A DNA stretch of 64,000 nucleotides from Leptonemataceae bacterium (GCA_965227295.1 OZ245742.1:3712001-3776000); one strand, 5' to 3'. Positions 48,165 to 58,715 are shown, counted from the first letter of the stretch. Program-made: numbers and translations. Notes: generated by a model not told the origin, from the letters alone.

Positions 48165-50423
48165 TTAACTTAAGCGCTCGACGAGTTCGTGCATGTATCT
48201 ACGAAATTGATCCGGACGAATGGGCTTCGTTAGAAAATCGTCCATGCCGGCGGCCAGGCAGAGTTCCCGGTCTTCATTCATGGCGTTGGCGGTCAGCGCC
48301 ACGATGTAGGGTTGTTTTTCATGGGTTGCGGAGCGTTCCCTGCGAATGCGGCGCGTGGCGTCCAGGCCGTCCATCTCCGGCATTTGCACGTCCATGAAGA
48401 TCACGTCCGGTTGCAGTTCTGCATCCAGGCGCAGCGCTTCGAGGCCGTTCTCCGCCGTGCGGGCGCGATAGCCCAGCTTACGTAAGTACGCCAGAAAGAG
48501 CATTTGACCGTCGGGATTATCCTCGGCGATGAGAATCGACAGCGGATTCCGATCCGCGAGGACCATGCTTTCTCTGCCGGCCTGTCCGTCGGCGGTCTCG
48601 CCGGACTCCGGTTCGAAGAGGTTGTGCAGGGCCTCGAAGAGCGCACGCATGCGGATGGGTTTTTGGAGGACATGTTCGAAGAGCTCTTTCGTGTCCGCGA
48701 TCTTACGGACTTCGGTGCCCATGGACGGCACCAGGATCATCGGCGGGGCCGGATCCAACAGGCGCCGGATTTCCCGCGCGGAGTCGATCCCGTCCGTCCC
48801 CGGCATCTGCATATCCAGCAGTATCGCGTCGGGTCGGCTGTCCTTTAAGTACAGGACGGCTTCTTTCAGGTCGGCGGCCAGTTGGACATGCACGGCCCAC
48901 TGGGTGATGAGCCGTCGCAAAATATCACGGTTGATATGATTGTCGTCGACGACCAGGACGTGCCGACCTTCAAAGCCGATCAGATCACCGACGCTCTCCT
49001 CGCTGCCGCGCTGGAGCGGAACAACGAAGGTAAACGTGGAGCCCCGGCCGGCCTCGCTTTCCGCGCTGAGATCCCCGCCCATGATTATTGCCAGGCGCCG
49101 ACTGATGGCCAGGCCGAGCCCTGTGCCGCCGTGGGTCCGGGAAGTGGAGGCGTCGCCCTGGCGAAAGGCGGAGAAGATGCGATCCAGACGATCTGCCGGT
49201 ACGCCCATCCCGCTGTCCCGCACGGAGCAGGCGAGCACGATGGACTCCGGCGACGCCTCCCAGGTTTCCGCGCGCACCAGGATTTCGCCGGAGTTCGTAA
49301 ACTTCACCGCGTTGCTGATTAGATTGTGAAGGATCTGACCGAAGCGCAGGGAATCACCGCGCACGCGCAAAGGAACCTCCGGAGTAATATCCACCAGCAA
49401 AGCTATGTCCTTCTGCGCTGCCTTTAAGGAAAAAGTGGCCGCCGCGTCGGCAATGGCATCGTGCAGGTCGAACTCCTGTTCGGCGAGTTCCATCATGCCG
49501 GCTTCGATCTTGGAGTAGTCGAGGATGTCGTTCAGCAACGCCAGCAGATGATCGCCGTTGCGACGAACCACGGAAGCGAAGTCGCGTTGCTCCCGGTCCA
49601 GCGGGGTTTCGAGCAGCAGCCCGGTCATGCCGATGATGCCGTTTAAGGGCGTGCGAATTTCGTGGCTCATATTCGCGAGGAACTCGGACTTGGATCGATC
49701 CGCGCGGCGGGCCCGGCGGACCGCGTTTCGCGCGCGGACCACCAACTCGACGATCTCTTCGGCGAAGCGCATCATCCGCCGGTGGTTTGGATACCAGAGA
49801 AACGCGATCAACAGCAAGACGGCAATGAGAATGCTCAGCGCGGCGGCGCCGAGAACCATGTTCAGGCGATCGATGATGTGTTCGAGGCGCTCGTCGAACG
49901 AGAGGACGATGGCATCCATGATTCGCAAGAAGGTGTCCTGGCTTTCCAGGATATCGGCGAGATCGTTGGAATTGCTTCGGCCCCGGGCGAGGATGGACTC
50001 CGCGCCGGCAAGGAGGCCGGCGTGGTGCGGATCGGCGCGGGAGAACAAGACGCGAATGTGCGCGACGCCAGGTTCGGCCGGTAGCGCCGGAATCTCGAAG
50101 GCCGGATCGCCGAACTGGAGGGCCTGATGAACCTGGCGGAAGTTTGCGGTGGCCACTTGCAATGCGCGGAGCAATCGTTCACGATCCGTCGCCGGCCCGG
50201 GCAGGCTTAGCCGCGTGCTGAGATGGGTGATGCGCTGGCTGAGCATGCGCTGCCGTCCGGCCAGGTTGATGACCCGGGACTGGCTCTGGGCCCGGAGGAT
50301 CAGGTGACGGCTCCAGAAGACCTCAACCCCGAGAATCAACGCCACGAGGAGCGGCGTCATCCAGAGCGCGGCGTAGCTGCGGCCCAGGCGTCGCAGGAGA
50401 AGTTTCGGGTGAAAGGGCTGCAT
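48165..50423 (-). CDS. Hybrid sensor histidine kinase with a NarX/PilJ-like sensor and two receiver domains
   Basis: [33 protein letters not shown] and GTGLGL motifs; REC domains LLDMQMP and FMDVQMP. Confidence 0.93.
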   Translation of the reverse strand: MQPFHPKLLLRRLGRSYAALWMTPLLVALILGVEVFWSRHLILRAQSQSRVINLAGRQRMLSQRITHLSTRLSLPGPATDRERLLRALQVATANFRQVHQALQFGDPAFEIPALPAEPGVAHIRVLFSRADPHHAGLLAGAESILARGRSNSNDLADILESQDTFLRIMDAIVLSFDERLEHIIDRLNMVLGAAALSILIAVLLLIAFLWYPNHRRMMRFAEEIVELVVRARNAVRRARRADRSKSEFLANMSHEIRTPLNGIIGMTGLLLETPLDREQRDFASVVRRNGDHLLALLNDILDYSKIEAGMMELAEQEFDLHDAIADAAATFSLKAAQKDIALLVDITPEVPLRVRGDSLRFGQILHNLISNAVKFTNSGEILVRAETWEASPESIVLACSVRDSGMGVPADRLDRIFSAFRQGDASTSRTHGGTGLGLAISRRLAIIMGGDLSAESEAGRGSTFTFVVPLQRGSEESVGDLIGFEGRHVLVVDDNHINRDILRRLITQWAVHVQLAADLKEAVLYLKDSRPDAILLDMQMPGTDGIDSAREIRRLLDPAPPMILVPSMGTEVRKIADTKELFEHVLQKPIRMRALFEALHNLFEPESGETADGQAGRESMVLADRNPLSILIAEDNPDGQMLFLAYLRKLGYRARTAENGLEALRLDAELQPDVIFMDVQMPEMDGLDATRRIRRERSATHEKQPYIVALTANAMNEDRELCLAAGMDDFLTKPIRPDQFRRYMHELVERLS

Positions 50424-50514
50424 GAACGTCCCGCGAAGATCCCGGACGCGGCGGTTGTGCTGGACAGCCGGGCCGGGAGCCGTAAGAAAGGATTACTCTC
50501 AGGAGATTGCATAC

Positions 50515-50898
50515 ATGAAAAGTTATTTGATGGTTTTCGGCGGAATTTTCGGAACCCTTCTGGCCGGCCTGGTTGGAATTTACCTGACGCCCCTGTTCGT
50601 CGCCCTGGCAGCGGGAGCCGGATTTTGGTACATCCTCGCAGTATTTTTTCTCGGTCTCGCATTACTCGGCCTCTTCGGGGTGCCGTTCTATACAACGATT
50701 AACTATCTGGAACCGGAGAACCCCCTGAACGGCATCACGTCTATCATCGCCATCGCGTCCGGTGCCGTCGTCGTCCTTGCGTCTCTGTTGGCTCTGATCT
50801 TTGCTTTCGGTCTGCTGCCGTTCATTACGATCCTGGGCGGCGCCCTGGTAATTGTCAGCGGATTGCTCCAGGGAGAATTTGTGGAGTGGTTTGAGTAA
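50515..50898 (+). CDS. Small hydrophobic membrane protein
   Basis: About four TM segments; AGGAG RBS upstream. Confidence 0.65.
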   Translation: MKSYLMVFGGIFGTLLAGLVGIYLTPLFVALAAGAGFWYILAVFFLGLALLGLFGVPFYTTINYLEPENPLNGITSIIAIASGAVVVLASLLALIFAFGLLPFITILGGALVIVSGLLQGEFVEWFE

Positions 50899-50929
50899 AC
50901 GTCCCTGAGTACCCTGGTATACGGTCGGA

Positions 50930-51880
50930 ATGCAAATTAAACTATGGGGTGTGCGCGGGAGTCTTCCGACTCCCATGAGTCGCGAAGAGTACCACTCGAA
51001 GCTTTTGCACGCGCTGGCGTTTGCGAAAGACGAGTGGGGGCGGGACTCTGCGATCGAGGTGGGTGCGCTCATCGACGCCATGCACCCCGGCAATAAGTCC
51101 ATCATCGGTGGTGAGACGACCTGCGTGGAAGTCCTCCATGAAGGCGTGGAACTGATCCTCGATCTCGGAACCGGCGCCCGTCGCCTCGGTCGGGACATGA
51201 TGGAGCGCGGTCACCGCGGAGACATTCACATTCTGCTTACGCATACGCACTGGGATCACATCCAGGGCTGGCCGCACTTTGAACCGGCCTCCCAGGAAGA
51301 TAATACCGTTCACTTTTACTCGTGCCTGGAAGATCTCGAAGAGCGCCTCACGCGCCAGCAGCATTCGGAGCACGCGCCCGTATCGTTTCCCGATACGCCG
51401 TGTAACAAGCAGTTTCATTACATCCCGCCGGGCGAAACGTTTCAGATCGGTCCGTACAACATTACCACGCAACCCCTGATTCATCCCGGCGGATCCATCT
51501 CCTACAAAATCAAAGCCGGCGGCAAGGTCTTCGTTTTCGCCACGGACACCGAGTTTTACGGACCCGAAATCCACGAGCGTATGAAGGAGTACCATCGCTT
51601 TTTCAGCAACGCCGATCTTCTGGTAATGGACGCTCAGTATTCCTTAGAGGAAGCCGAGCAACGCAAGGGCTGGGGCCACACGGCTATGACGATCGCGGTG
51701 GACTGTTCCATTTACTGGGGCGTGAAAGAACTCGTGCTCACTCACCACGAACCGGCCCACCAGGACGATACCATCTGGAAACTCTTCGACGAGGCGTCGG
51801 AGTACCTCACCGAATTTTCGAGCCAGCACCCCGGTTTGAACATCTACACCGCCAAAGAAGGCGATACCTACGAGTTGTGA
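50930..51880 (+). CDS. MBL-fold metallo-hydrolase
   Basis: WGVRGS, DLGTG, THTHWDHIQG, HPG, TDTE, DAQY, GWGH and HHEP motifs. Confidence 0.9.
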   Translation: MQIKLWGVRGSLPTPMSREEYHSKLLHALAFAKDEWGRDSAIEVGALIDAMHPGNKSIIGGETTCVEVLHEGVELILDLGTGARRLGRDMMERGHRGDIHILLTHTHWDHIQGWPHFEPASQEDNTVHFYSCLEDLEERLTRQQHSEHAPVSFPDTPCNKQFHYIPPGETFQIGPYNITTQPLIHPGGSISYKIKAGGKVFVFATDTEFYGPEIHERMKEYHRFFSNADLLVMDAQYSLEEAEQRKGWGHTAMTIAVDCSIYWGVKELVLTHHEPAHQDDTIWKLFDEASEYLTEFSSQHPGLNIYTAKEGDTYEL

Positions 51881-52014
51881 GTATCGCTCTCTTGATTCAC
51901 TAAGCCGGCGAATTCACAGCTCTTCGCGTCAGCGATGCGCAAGGTCGCGAAGCGAGGAGCTGGCTAAAAAGTCGCGGGCGGCGACGTCGCTAAAAAGGGT
52001 GTTGCCTGCGAACT

Positions 52015-52145
52015 TGCAGCTCTTCGCGCCAGGGATTGTAAGGGTTGCGCCGTCAGGCGCAAGTCCGAAGCGCAGCGGAGGACCGAAGGCGAAGCCGGAG
52101 CCCTGGAAAGCCCGGTCGCCGCCGAAGGCGGCGAGGCGCCCAAGA
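52015..52145 (+). repeat. ~130-bp hairpin-rich interspersed repeat, copy A
   Basis: GCGCCAGGGATTG...GGAAAGCCCGGTCGCC...GGCGCCC; matches the reverse complement of 53245-53374. Confidence 0.85.
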
Positions 52146-52218
52146 AAACATTACAATTTCACCAAGATTTTTAGTTAAAAGACCGATACTCTAACTTTAT
52201 ATGAAGCAATATTTGTAA

Positions 52219-52341
52219 GGGCGTTCCCCTCGCTGCGCTCGGGGCGCGCTTTGCGGGGAGGCTCCGCCTACGGCTGCGGTCCTCCGCGCTACGCGCTCCG
52301 GACTGGCGCTTCGCGCCACCCCTCCAATCGCTAACGCAAGA
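52219..52341 (-). repeat. Same repeat family, diverged copy B (inverted)
   Basis: GGGCG...CGGTCCTCCGC...CTCCGGAC...CCAATCGCTAACGC parallels copy C. Confidence 0.75.
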
Positions 52342-52439
52342 ATTGATAGGTCGCGGCCGTATTCCAATCCCCGGGCGGCATTTTTGTCAGCCCCCGAAGG
52401 CGAAACTGGAGCCTGTAGGGGAACGGCAAGAGAAGGACT

Positions 52440-53168
52440 TCACTTCCACGTATCCGCGTACTCGCCGCCGGGATAGCGCAGGTCCACGAGATCCGAAACA
52501 ATCAGCAAATTATCGAACGACAGGGCGACGTCGCCGGGTTTGCTTTTGGGATGCGAACGAATCAGCAGGCCGACGAACCGGTGTTCGCGGCGGCGTTCGA
52601 CGTTGCGTTGCATCTTCTGCAAACTTACGGGTAACGTGAGATCCAGGCGGCGCCAGCCGTGCCACAATAGATCGCCGGCCGGCACGCGGACCTCTTTGCC
52701 CTCGGCGGTTTCGAAGAGTAGTTCCAGTTTATCTCGATACATCGAAGAACGAACCCACAGCGACGCGCGAAACAATCGGCCGGGAATCATCACCGGCTCC
52801 GAAACTTCCAGGCGGTAGTGCTGGCGGCCCGGGACCTCGAACGAGGTATGCACGAACAACGTCTGCTCGCCCACGGCGTTGGTGTTCGCATGTTTCGTAA
52901 CGACCTCGAGTTCGCGCGCGAAGGCCGCTTCGTCCGGGCGCTGATAAATGTAGCGCACGTCCGACAGCATGGTGGAGTTCATCTTCGGTTCGTAGACGCG
53001 GCGGTTTTCGAAGAGGTCCACCGGATACAATCGATACCGGCCGGCGTAACTTTCGATGAGTTGGTCCAGGACTTCCACGCGTCCCTGCGCGTCGTACGGG
53101 GCGGGCAGATCGCGGGCGAATACGGCGCTCGTTAAGAAGAGCGCGCAGATCAACACAAGCCGTCGCAT
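52440..53168 (-). CDS. FlaA-like flagellar filament sheath protein (divergent paralogue)
   Basis: Signal peptide; IPG....SLWV, G.L.W.GW..L, FD.L...D and terminal G.EY.D.W pattern. Confidence 0.7.
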   Translation of the reverse strand: MRRLVLICALFLTSAVFARDLPAPYDAQGRVEVLDQLIESYAGRYRLYPVDLFENRRVYEPKMNSTMLSDVRYIYQRPDEAAFARELEVVTKHANTNAVGEQTLFVHTSFEVPGRQHYRLEVSEPVMIPGRLFRASLWVRSSMYRDKLELLFETAEGKEVRVPAGDLLWHGWRRLDLTLPVSLQKMQRNVERRREHRFVGLLIRSHPKSKPGDVALSFDNLLIVSDLVDLRYPGGEYADTWK

Positions 53169-53220
53169 TATATTAGAATAACGGCAAAAAGCGAAGGATG
53201 CCTGAGAGGATGATGCAGGC

Positions 53221-54132
53221 TCAGGGGTTTCTTTTGCGCTTCTTTTTTGGGCGTCTCGCCGCTGCGCGGCGACCGGGCTTTCCAGGACTCCGCCTTCGGC
53301 TTCGGTCCTCCGCTTCGCTCCGGACTTGCGGCTTCGCCGCAATCCTTCCAATCCCTGACGCGGAAGAGTTTGCATCATCCGCTTCCTTTTCGAACAACGC
53401 GAACAGATCACCCTTACACGACTGTTTCACTTCCGCAAGCACCGCCTCGAATTCCGCTGACGCGAACTCGGCCCCGGGCTGCGGCGGTGATACGCATTCC
53501 ACCGTTTCGTCGCCGAGCTGGAAGCGCAGCGCGTAGGCGTGCAGGTAGGCCCGATCTTCCTGCCTGGCGACATCGTAACGTCCGTACTGGCCGTCGCCCA
53601 GGATCGGCGCGGCGAGCGACTTCATGGCGACCCGGAGTTGATGCGTGCGGCCGGTCTTCGGATGCAATACGTAGAGCCGGAGACCCGGCCGGCGCCCGGG
53701 AATGCCGTAGCTTAAGAAACGTGTAATTGCCGGATTGTTCGTGCTGCGCGCGAGAATCCAGGCGCCGCCGCGACCGCGGATCATGTCGCCGACGATCTTG
53801 CCCTGTTTCTTTTTCGGACTCCGATCCGAGATTGCGAGGTAGATCTTGCGCACACGGCCGTGGCGAAACTCGTTGCCGAGCAGGTTGGCGTTCTTGCGTC
53901 CGCGCGCAAACACCAACAGACCGGAAGTTACGCGATCGAGGCGATGCACCGGGAAGAGTCGCGGGCCGGCGGGAATTTCGCCGGCCTCTTCCATCGCACG
54001 GAGAATCTGCACGAGGCCGCTCTCCTGTTCCTGGCCGTGAAAGGCCACGCCGGGTTCCTTGTGCACGACCAGGTAGTCGTCCGTGTTTTGAACGAGACGC
54101 AGCGGCCGGGGATTCGTATCGCCGCCGGCCAT
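53221..54132 (-). CDS. RluA-family pseudouridine synthase
   Basis: HRLDRVTSGL, TGRTHQLRV, PILGD..Y and YLHA motifs. Confidence 0.93.
   Translation of the reverse strand: MAGGDTNPRPLRLVQNTDDYLVVHKEPGVAFHGQEQESGLVQILRAMEEAGEIPAGPRLFPVHRLDRVTSGLLVFARGRKNANLLGNEFRHGRVRKIYLAISDRSPKKKQGKIVGDMIRGRGGAWILARSTNNPAITRFLSYGIPGRRPGLRLYVLHPKTGRTHQLRVAMKSLAAPILGDGQYGRYDVARQEDRAYLHAYALRFQLGDETVECVSPPQPGAEFASAEFEAVLAEVKQSCKGDLFALFEKEADDANSSASGIGRIAAKPQVRSEAEDRSRRRSPGKPGRRAAARRPKKKRKRNP
53245..53374 (-). repeat. Same repeat family, copy C, inside the 3' end of the pseudouridine synthase ORF
   Basis: Reverse complement aligns with 52015-52145. Confidence 0.85.
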
Positions 54133-54136
54133 AGAC

Positions 54137-55609
54137 TCAGAGGACGTTGGCTTCGAGCTTTTCGCGTTCGATCTTCAGCTTGTACTTGTCCGAAAGTTTG
54201 CTCTGGATTTCCTGAACGGCCTGCTGGCGGACCTGACCTTCCAGCATGTTGCGGATGTTGTCGCGAACTTCGCCGAAGCTTTTGCCCTTGTAGCGCGTTT
54301 GCCGGCCGATCTCGTACTGCTGCCGGACCTGGGCGTCATCGATATTGATTTCCGGCATGTTGGCTTCGTAGTAAGACTGCGCCAGGGCTTCGCTGCGCTG
54401 CAGGTCCAGGACAAACTCGTACTCGTCGGAGGATGCAATGTTTTCAAAGCCGCTTTCGCCTTTCAGGAGAGTCGTCGCGACGATGACCGAGTTGGTGATC
54501 TGAATTTTCTCGGACAGGCTGACCCCTTCGGCGTATTCACCAAGCACCTCATCCAGGTCGCCGATCGTGAAGACATCATCGCCGACCTTGAAGAGCCCGG
54601 TCTCCGCGGTGTAGTCCTCCGGCTGCGGCGGGGTCTGCGGTTGCGCGGCCGGCAGAATCTCCAGATTTTTCTCTTCGCGTAACGCGTTGAGTTTCGATGT
54701 CAGCAGGCCGCGGCCTTCGTTGCGCCGCAGATGGTCGGCCTGCTGCTGCGCCAGTTGTTCAATGCGCGCTTCGTCCAGGCGAATGCGGTCCAGGGATGAA
54801 CGCTCTTCTTCCGGTAATTCCGCGCGGTACCGTTCTAAGATGCGCATGGTCTTACGATGATAGTCTTCGAAGATGGAGGTGAGGGAGTCCAGGGACCGAT
54901 TGTATGCCTTCGTCTTCCGGATGATCCACAGCGCGTCCGGCGTGCGCGTTAGAATGAAAGTCCCCGCTTCCGTTTCTTTGAGCGGACGGGTTAGGAACGC
55001 CGTCTGGTTCATGCGGCACTCGGTGCACTGCGGATCCAGGTAACCGCCGATCCAGCGGTAGCGTGCATGCTCGGAACGCTCGCGGATGAAGTCTTCGACG
55101 GCGCGTTGATCGTCTTTGATCTTGTTTAATTGAGCAACCAGGTCTTCGGCCTCGGCCAGGCGTTCGTTCGGATCGCTGCCGTCGCTGCCCGGGCGTTTGG
55201 CGGAAAGCCACAGGAATTGCATGTCGTAGAATTCGATCTCGTGATCGTCGGCCCCGCGCTGCAGCTTGAGATTGTACGCCATGAGTTTGGCCTGGCGTTC
55301 GGAAATGACCAGGCGGCGTTTTACCGCATCGGATTGGGCCAGGTTCTCGTCGCCTTCGGCCTCGGCGGCGGCAAGTTTCATCATGGCGAAGTTACTCAAT
55401 AGTTGGTTTTGTTGATCGATGGTGGCCTGTTGTTCGGCGTCCGCACCGAAGATCATTTCAAACATGAGTCGCATTTCGCCGCGGGTGATTTGCCCGCCTT
55501 CGTAGGTGGCGAGGACCTCTCCGCTGCGCCCGCAGGCGGATGTGAAACTCACGGCCATGAGTACGCATGCGCAGACGCTCAGTAGATTTGTGGAACGGAA
55601 GAATTGCAT
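54137..55609 (-). CDS. SurA/PrsA-like (peptidyl-prolyl isomerase-related) lipoprotein
   Basis: Lipobox TSAC; VLATYEGGQIT and GGYL motifs; C-terminal F.EVRDNI...L. Confidence 0.6.
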   Translation of the reverse strand: MQFFRSTNLLSVCACVLMAVSFTSACGRSGEVLATYEGGQITRGEMRLMFEMIFGADAEQQATIDQQNQLLSNFAMMKLAAAEAEGDENLAQSDAVKRRLVISERQAKLMAYNLKLQRGADDHEIEFYDMQFLWLSAKRPGSDGSDPNERLAEAEDLVAQLNKIKDDQRAVEDFIRERSEHARYRWIGGYLDPQCTECRMNQTAFLTRPLKETEAGTFILTRTPDALWIIRKTKAYNRSLDSLTSIFEDYHRKTMRILERYRAELPEEERSSLDRIRLDEARIEQLAQQQADHLRRNEGRGLLTSKLNALREEKNLEILPAAQPQTPPQPEDYTAETGLFKVGDDVFTIGDLDEVLGEYAEGVSLSEKIQITNSVIVATTLLKGESGFENIASSDEYEFVLDLQRSEALAQSYYEANMPEINIDDAQVRQQYEIGRQTRYKGKSFGEVRDNIRNMLEGQVRQQAVQEIQSKLSDKYKLKIEREKLEANVL

Positions 55610-55681
55610 GCGTCAAGGAGCCGGTCCGGGGGAGCCCGGTAAACCGTTTTTGCATGCTCTGGCAGCGGGCTGCCTCGGTGT

Positions 55682-56218
55682 TCAGCCCTGATCGAAAGTG
55701 AAAGGAAAGTCTTCGTCCTGGGTCTTTTGTTTCGAAGCCGTGTTCGCCGCCTTTGTCGGTGTCTCAGGAGGACTCGAGTGCGTGGCCGGTTCCCGGGAAT
55801 TTGCGGACGGTTTTGACGCAGCCGGGCGGCGCGGTTTCTCCGAGGCCTGCTCGGATTTCTCCGCGGCCGGCGCTTCCGTCTTCGCGGAACCTTTATTTTT
55901 CGAGGAGGAAGAAGGCAGAATGATTTCCGGTTCCGGGCCCGACGCGGCCTGCCTGCGCGGGCTCGGTTGCGGGGCGGGGGATTCGGCATCATCGCCGGCA
56001 AAGTCGGCCGCCAGGTTCTTCGGCGGATTGTGAATGACCTGAGAGAGTAGCGTGTTCTGTAATTGTTTGAGACGAATCGTCTCCTCCTGGAGCGACTCGC
56101 GCAGTCGGCTGCTGTACTCGCGGTCTTCCTGCAACGTGGAGCGCAGCGTGCGGATCTCGTCGAGGTCGCGCTCAATGCGTTCCATGCGGTTCAGGAGATG
56201 GATGGCCTTTAACTTCAC
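55682..56218 (-). CDS. Hypothetical protein (coiled-coil N-terminus, disordered tail)
   Basis: Heptad-like N-terminus; P/S/A-rich C-terminus. Confidence 0.65.
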   Translation of the reverse strand: MKLKAIHLLNRMERIERDLDEIRTLRSTLQEDREYSSRLRESLQEETIRLKQLQNTLLSQVIHNPPKNLAADFAGDDAESPAPQPSPRRQAASGPEPEIILPSSSSKNKGSAKTEAPAAEKSEQASEKPRRPAASKPSANSREPATHSSPPETPTKAANTASKQKTQDEDFPFTFDQG

Positions 56219-56330
56219 ATCTTTGTTTCGGCCGTTTTACAAAGACTGTCAAGCCTGAAAATATCGCTTGAAATCTGCTGTCTGGTGACTGCACTGTCAT
56301 ACTTTCGCGGTTCCGCGAAATTCTTCCTGC

Positions 56331-57110
56331 ATGAGCGCTGTTCGCAAGTTTGTCTCCATTCAGAAAGCGCCGGCGGCCTCCGAACCGTTCAACGTGGCGC
56401 GAAAAATCTACCACGCCTTCGGCCTGGTGATTCCGCTGGTCGTGTACTTCGACGCCTTTGCGTTCTTCGCTCCCGGGCGCGAACATCTGACGCGGGAAAT
56501 TTGCATCGTCCTGCTCGCCGCGGGAATTCTGCTCATGCTGTGCGTCGACACGTTGCGTTTTCAGTTGAAACCGCTGAACCGCCTGTTCGTCAACGTTGTC
56601 GGATCTTTACTGAAAGAAGAAGAGAAGAAACGTTACAACGCCACGATTCCGTACTTCACGGCCTGCCTCCTGCTGCTCTGGTTTTTCTCCGACGTTACGG
56701 CGACCCTCGCGTGCATCTTCTTAATGGTGGGGGATCCCTTCGCGGCTTACGTCGGCGGCCATTACGGCCGGGTACGTTTCTGGAACGGTAAATCCCTGGA
56801 AGGCCTGCTGGCCTTTATGGGGGCCGGTTTCATCGGCAGCATCCTCTTTCTCGCCGTACATCTTGCGTTGGCCGGAGACGCGGCCGGGCCGTTCGCGCTG
56901 AACACCCAGGCGGCGCCGGTCATCGTGCTCGCCGGCCTCGGCTGCGCGGCCCTGGCAGAGTTTCTATCGATCGTGGCGCTGCGCGGCCTCTTCGACGATA
57001 ACCTCATCGTGCCGCTGTTCGGCGCCGGCGGCATGGCGCTCTGTGCCCTCGTCATGAACGACGTCGATGTGATGCAGCTCTACTTCGATTCCACCGGGCT
57101 CTTCGCCTGA
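56331..57110 (+). CDS. Diacylglycerol/polyprenol (phytol/dolichol) kinase family membrane protein
   Basis: RKIYH, GDPFAAYVG..YG, KSLEG and DDNL.VP motifs. Confidence 0.85.
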   Translation: MSAVRKFVSIQKAPAASEPFNVARKIYHAFGLVIPLVVYFDAFAFFAPGREHLTREICIVLLAAGILLMLCVDTLRFQLKPLNRLFVNVVGSLLKEEEKKRYNATIPYFTACLLLLWFFSDVTATLACIFLMVGDPFAAYVGGHYGRVRFWNGKSLEGLLAFMGAGFIGSILFLAVHLALAGDAAGPFALNTQAAPVIVLAGLGCAALAEFLSIVALRGLFDDNLIVPLFGAGGMALCALVMNDVDVMQLYFDSTGLFA

Positions 57111-57126
57111 GTCTTTCTTCGACCGC

Positions 57127-58242
57127 ATGTCTTTCTTTCGATTGAATCTGCGCATCCTGGACCGCTACATCGGCGGCGAGTTCGTGAAATCCTTCGGCTT
57201 CGCGCTGATCGCGTTCTCGACGATCTTTCTCGCGTACGAAGCTTACGATCTAAGCCGCATTGAATCCGAGCAGCCGCAGATCCACGCGTATCTCTATCTA
57301 CTTTTTTCCGCGCCGCGCATCGTGCTGCTCATTCTGCCCGCGGCTTTGATGTTCGGAGTATGTTTCACCGTCGCTCAGTTCACGGTCTCTCGCGAGATGG
57401 TGGCGATCTTCAGTGCCGGCGGTTCCTTTTACAGGGCCATTGCTCCGTTGCTCGTGGTGAGTCTCATCACGTCTCTCGCCCAGTTCGTATTCAACGACTT
57501 CCTGGTAACGCCGGCCAACGAGGCGGCCAACGAACAGGAAGAGATCTTACGCAAGGGCACGCGCTCGGCCTCGGTAAAGGGCCTGGTGTTTCAAAAGAAC
57601 ATGCGCGGTCGTGAGGGCTATTACTTCATCTATTACTTCAATCGTGAGAAGCAGGAGATCTTCGGCGGCTTCAACTATCTCAGGGTATCCGAAGAAGGCA
57701 CGCCGCTGCGCATGTGGCAGGCCGACCGCGCCGTCTATCGCGCCGAGAACAACGACTGGGTGCTTTATAACGGGCGCGTCTTGATCTTCGGTAGCGATCT
57801 GCGCGTGCAGGAGATTCGGGTCTTTGACGAAACGGATCTCAAGTTACCGGACAGCCTGGATTTCTTCGCGAACCCCGGGCGCAATCCGAACGAGATGAAC
57901 GTCTTTGAGTTGCTCGGGGAGATTGATCGTTTGCGGGACTTCGGTTTTAACACGGTACCGTACGAAGTGCAGTTCCATTCGAACCTTTCGTTTCCTTTCA
58001 TGTGTTTGATCTTAACGATCGTCGGTTCTATTGCCGGGGCCACCGGCAACCATCGCAGCGGCGGTCCTTTGATTCGCGCCATCGTGCTTTCCACCATCGC
58101 CATGTTCGTCTATTATCTTACGTTCAGTATTACGGAAGGTCTCGGGCAGAGCGGCATCGTGCATCCGGCGCTCGCGAGCTGGGGCCCTACCGGTTTCTTT
58201 CTGGCCGCGGCGATGTTTATGGTCTGGCGGTATCGTAAGTGA
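57127..58242 (+). CDS. LptF/LptG family LPS export permease
   Basis: ILDRYI, EMVAIFSAG and P.LASW motifs; 6 TMs with a periplasmic beta domain. Confidence 0.9.
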   Translation: MSFFRLNLRILDRYIGGEFVKSFGFALIAFSTIFLAYEAYDLSRIESEQPQIHAYLYLLFSAPRIVLLILPAALMFGVCFTVAQFTVSREMVAIFSAGGSFYRAIAPLLVVSLITSLAQFVFNDFLVTPANEAANEQEEILRKGTRSASVKGLVFQKNMRGREGYYFIYYFNREKQEIFGGFNYLRVSEEGTPLRMWQADRAVYRAENNDWVLYNGRVLIFGSDLRVQEIRVFDETDLKLPDSLDFFANPGRNPNEMNVFELLGEIDRLRDFGFNTVPYEVQFHSNLSFPFMCLILTIVGSIAGATGNHRSGGPLIRAIVLSTIAMFVYYLTFSITEGLGQSGIVHPALASWGPTGFFLAAAMFMVWRYRK

Positions 58243-58715
58243 GTAAGGCCCGCGCGGATTTGCCGCGCATCTTTCGATTCTTCGACGAGGCGGAACGTTG
58301 CGAGATGTATCTGCGGGGCCGCTGGTCCGGCGAGGGTACGCACGCGATCGCCGGTTATCCCGCCGATCGTCGCATGAACCTGAGTATCGACTGCGGATCC
58401 GGCCGCGCGACGACGCGCTGGTCCGGTCGGGATCCGGGGCGGGGGCTTCTTGCCAGAGTACGCGGCTGGTTTGCGAAGCGCAGCGCGCAGGAACGACGCC
58501 TGGAAGTGAAGAATAATGCCGCTCCGCCGGCGAGTCGGCGGGAAGGCGTTTTTGATTTAGGCGTCGGCGAGTACGATACGGACTTCGCACGCTTAACCAT
58601 GGATGAGTTTGAGTTAACGCTACAGGTGCTGGAAAACGTGCGGGTGCACGCGGTGCTCCGGGAGCGCAGCGGCTACGGCATTCATTTTACGGGCGTGCTG
58701 CGGAAAATACGGTAG
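58239..58715 (+). CDS. Hypothetical protein
   Basis: Start overlaps the lptF/G stop. Confidence 0.5.
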   Translation: MSKARADLPRIFRFFDEAERCEMYLRGRWSGEGTHAIAGYPADRRMNLSIDCGSGRATTRWSGRDPGRGLLARVRGWFAKRSAQERRLEVKNNAAPPASRREGVFDLGVGEYDTDFARLTMDEFELTLQVLENVRVHAVLRERSGYGIHFTGVLRKIR

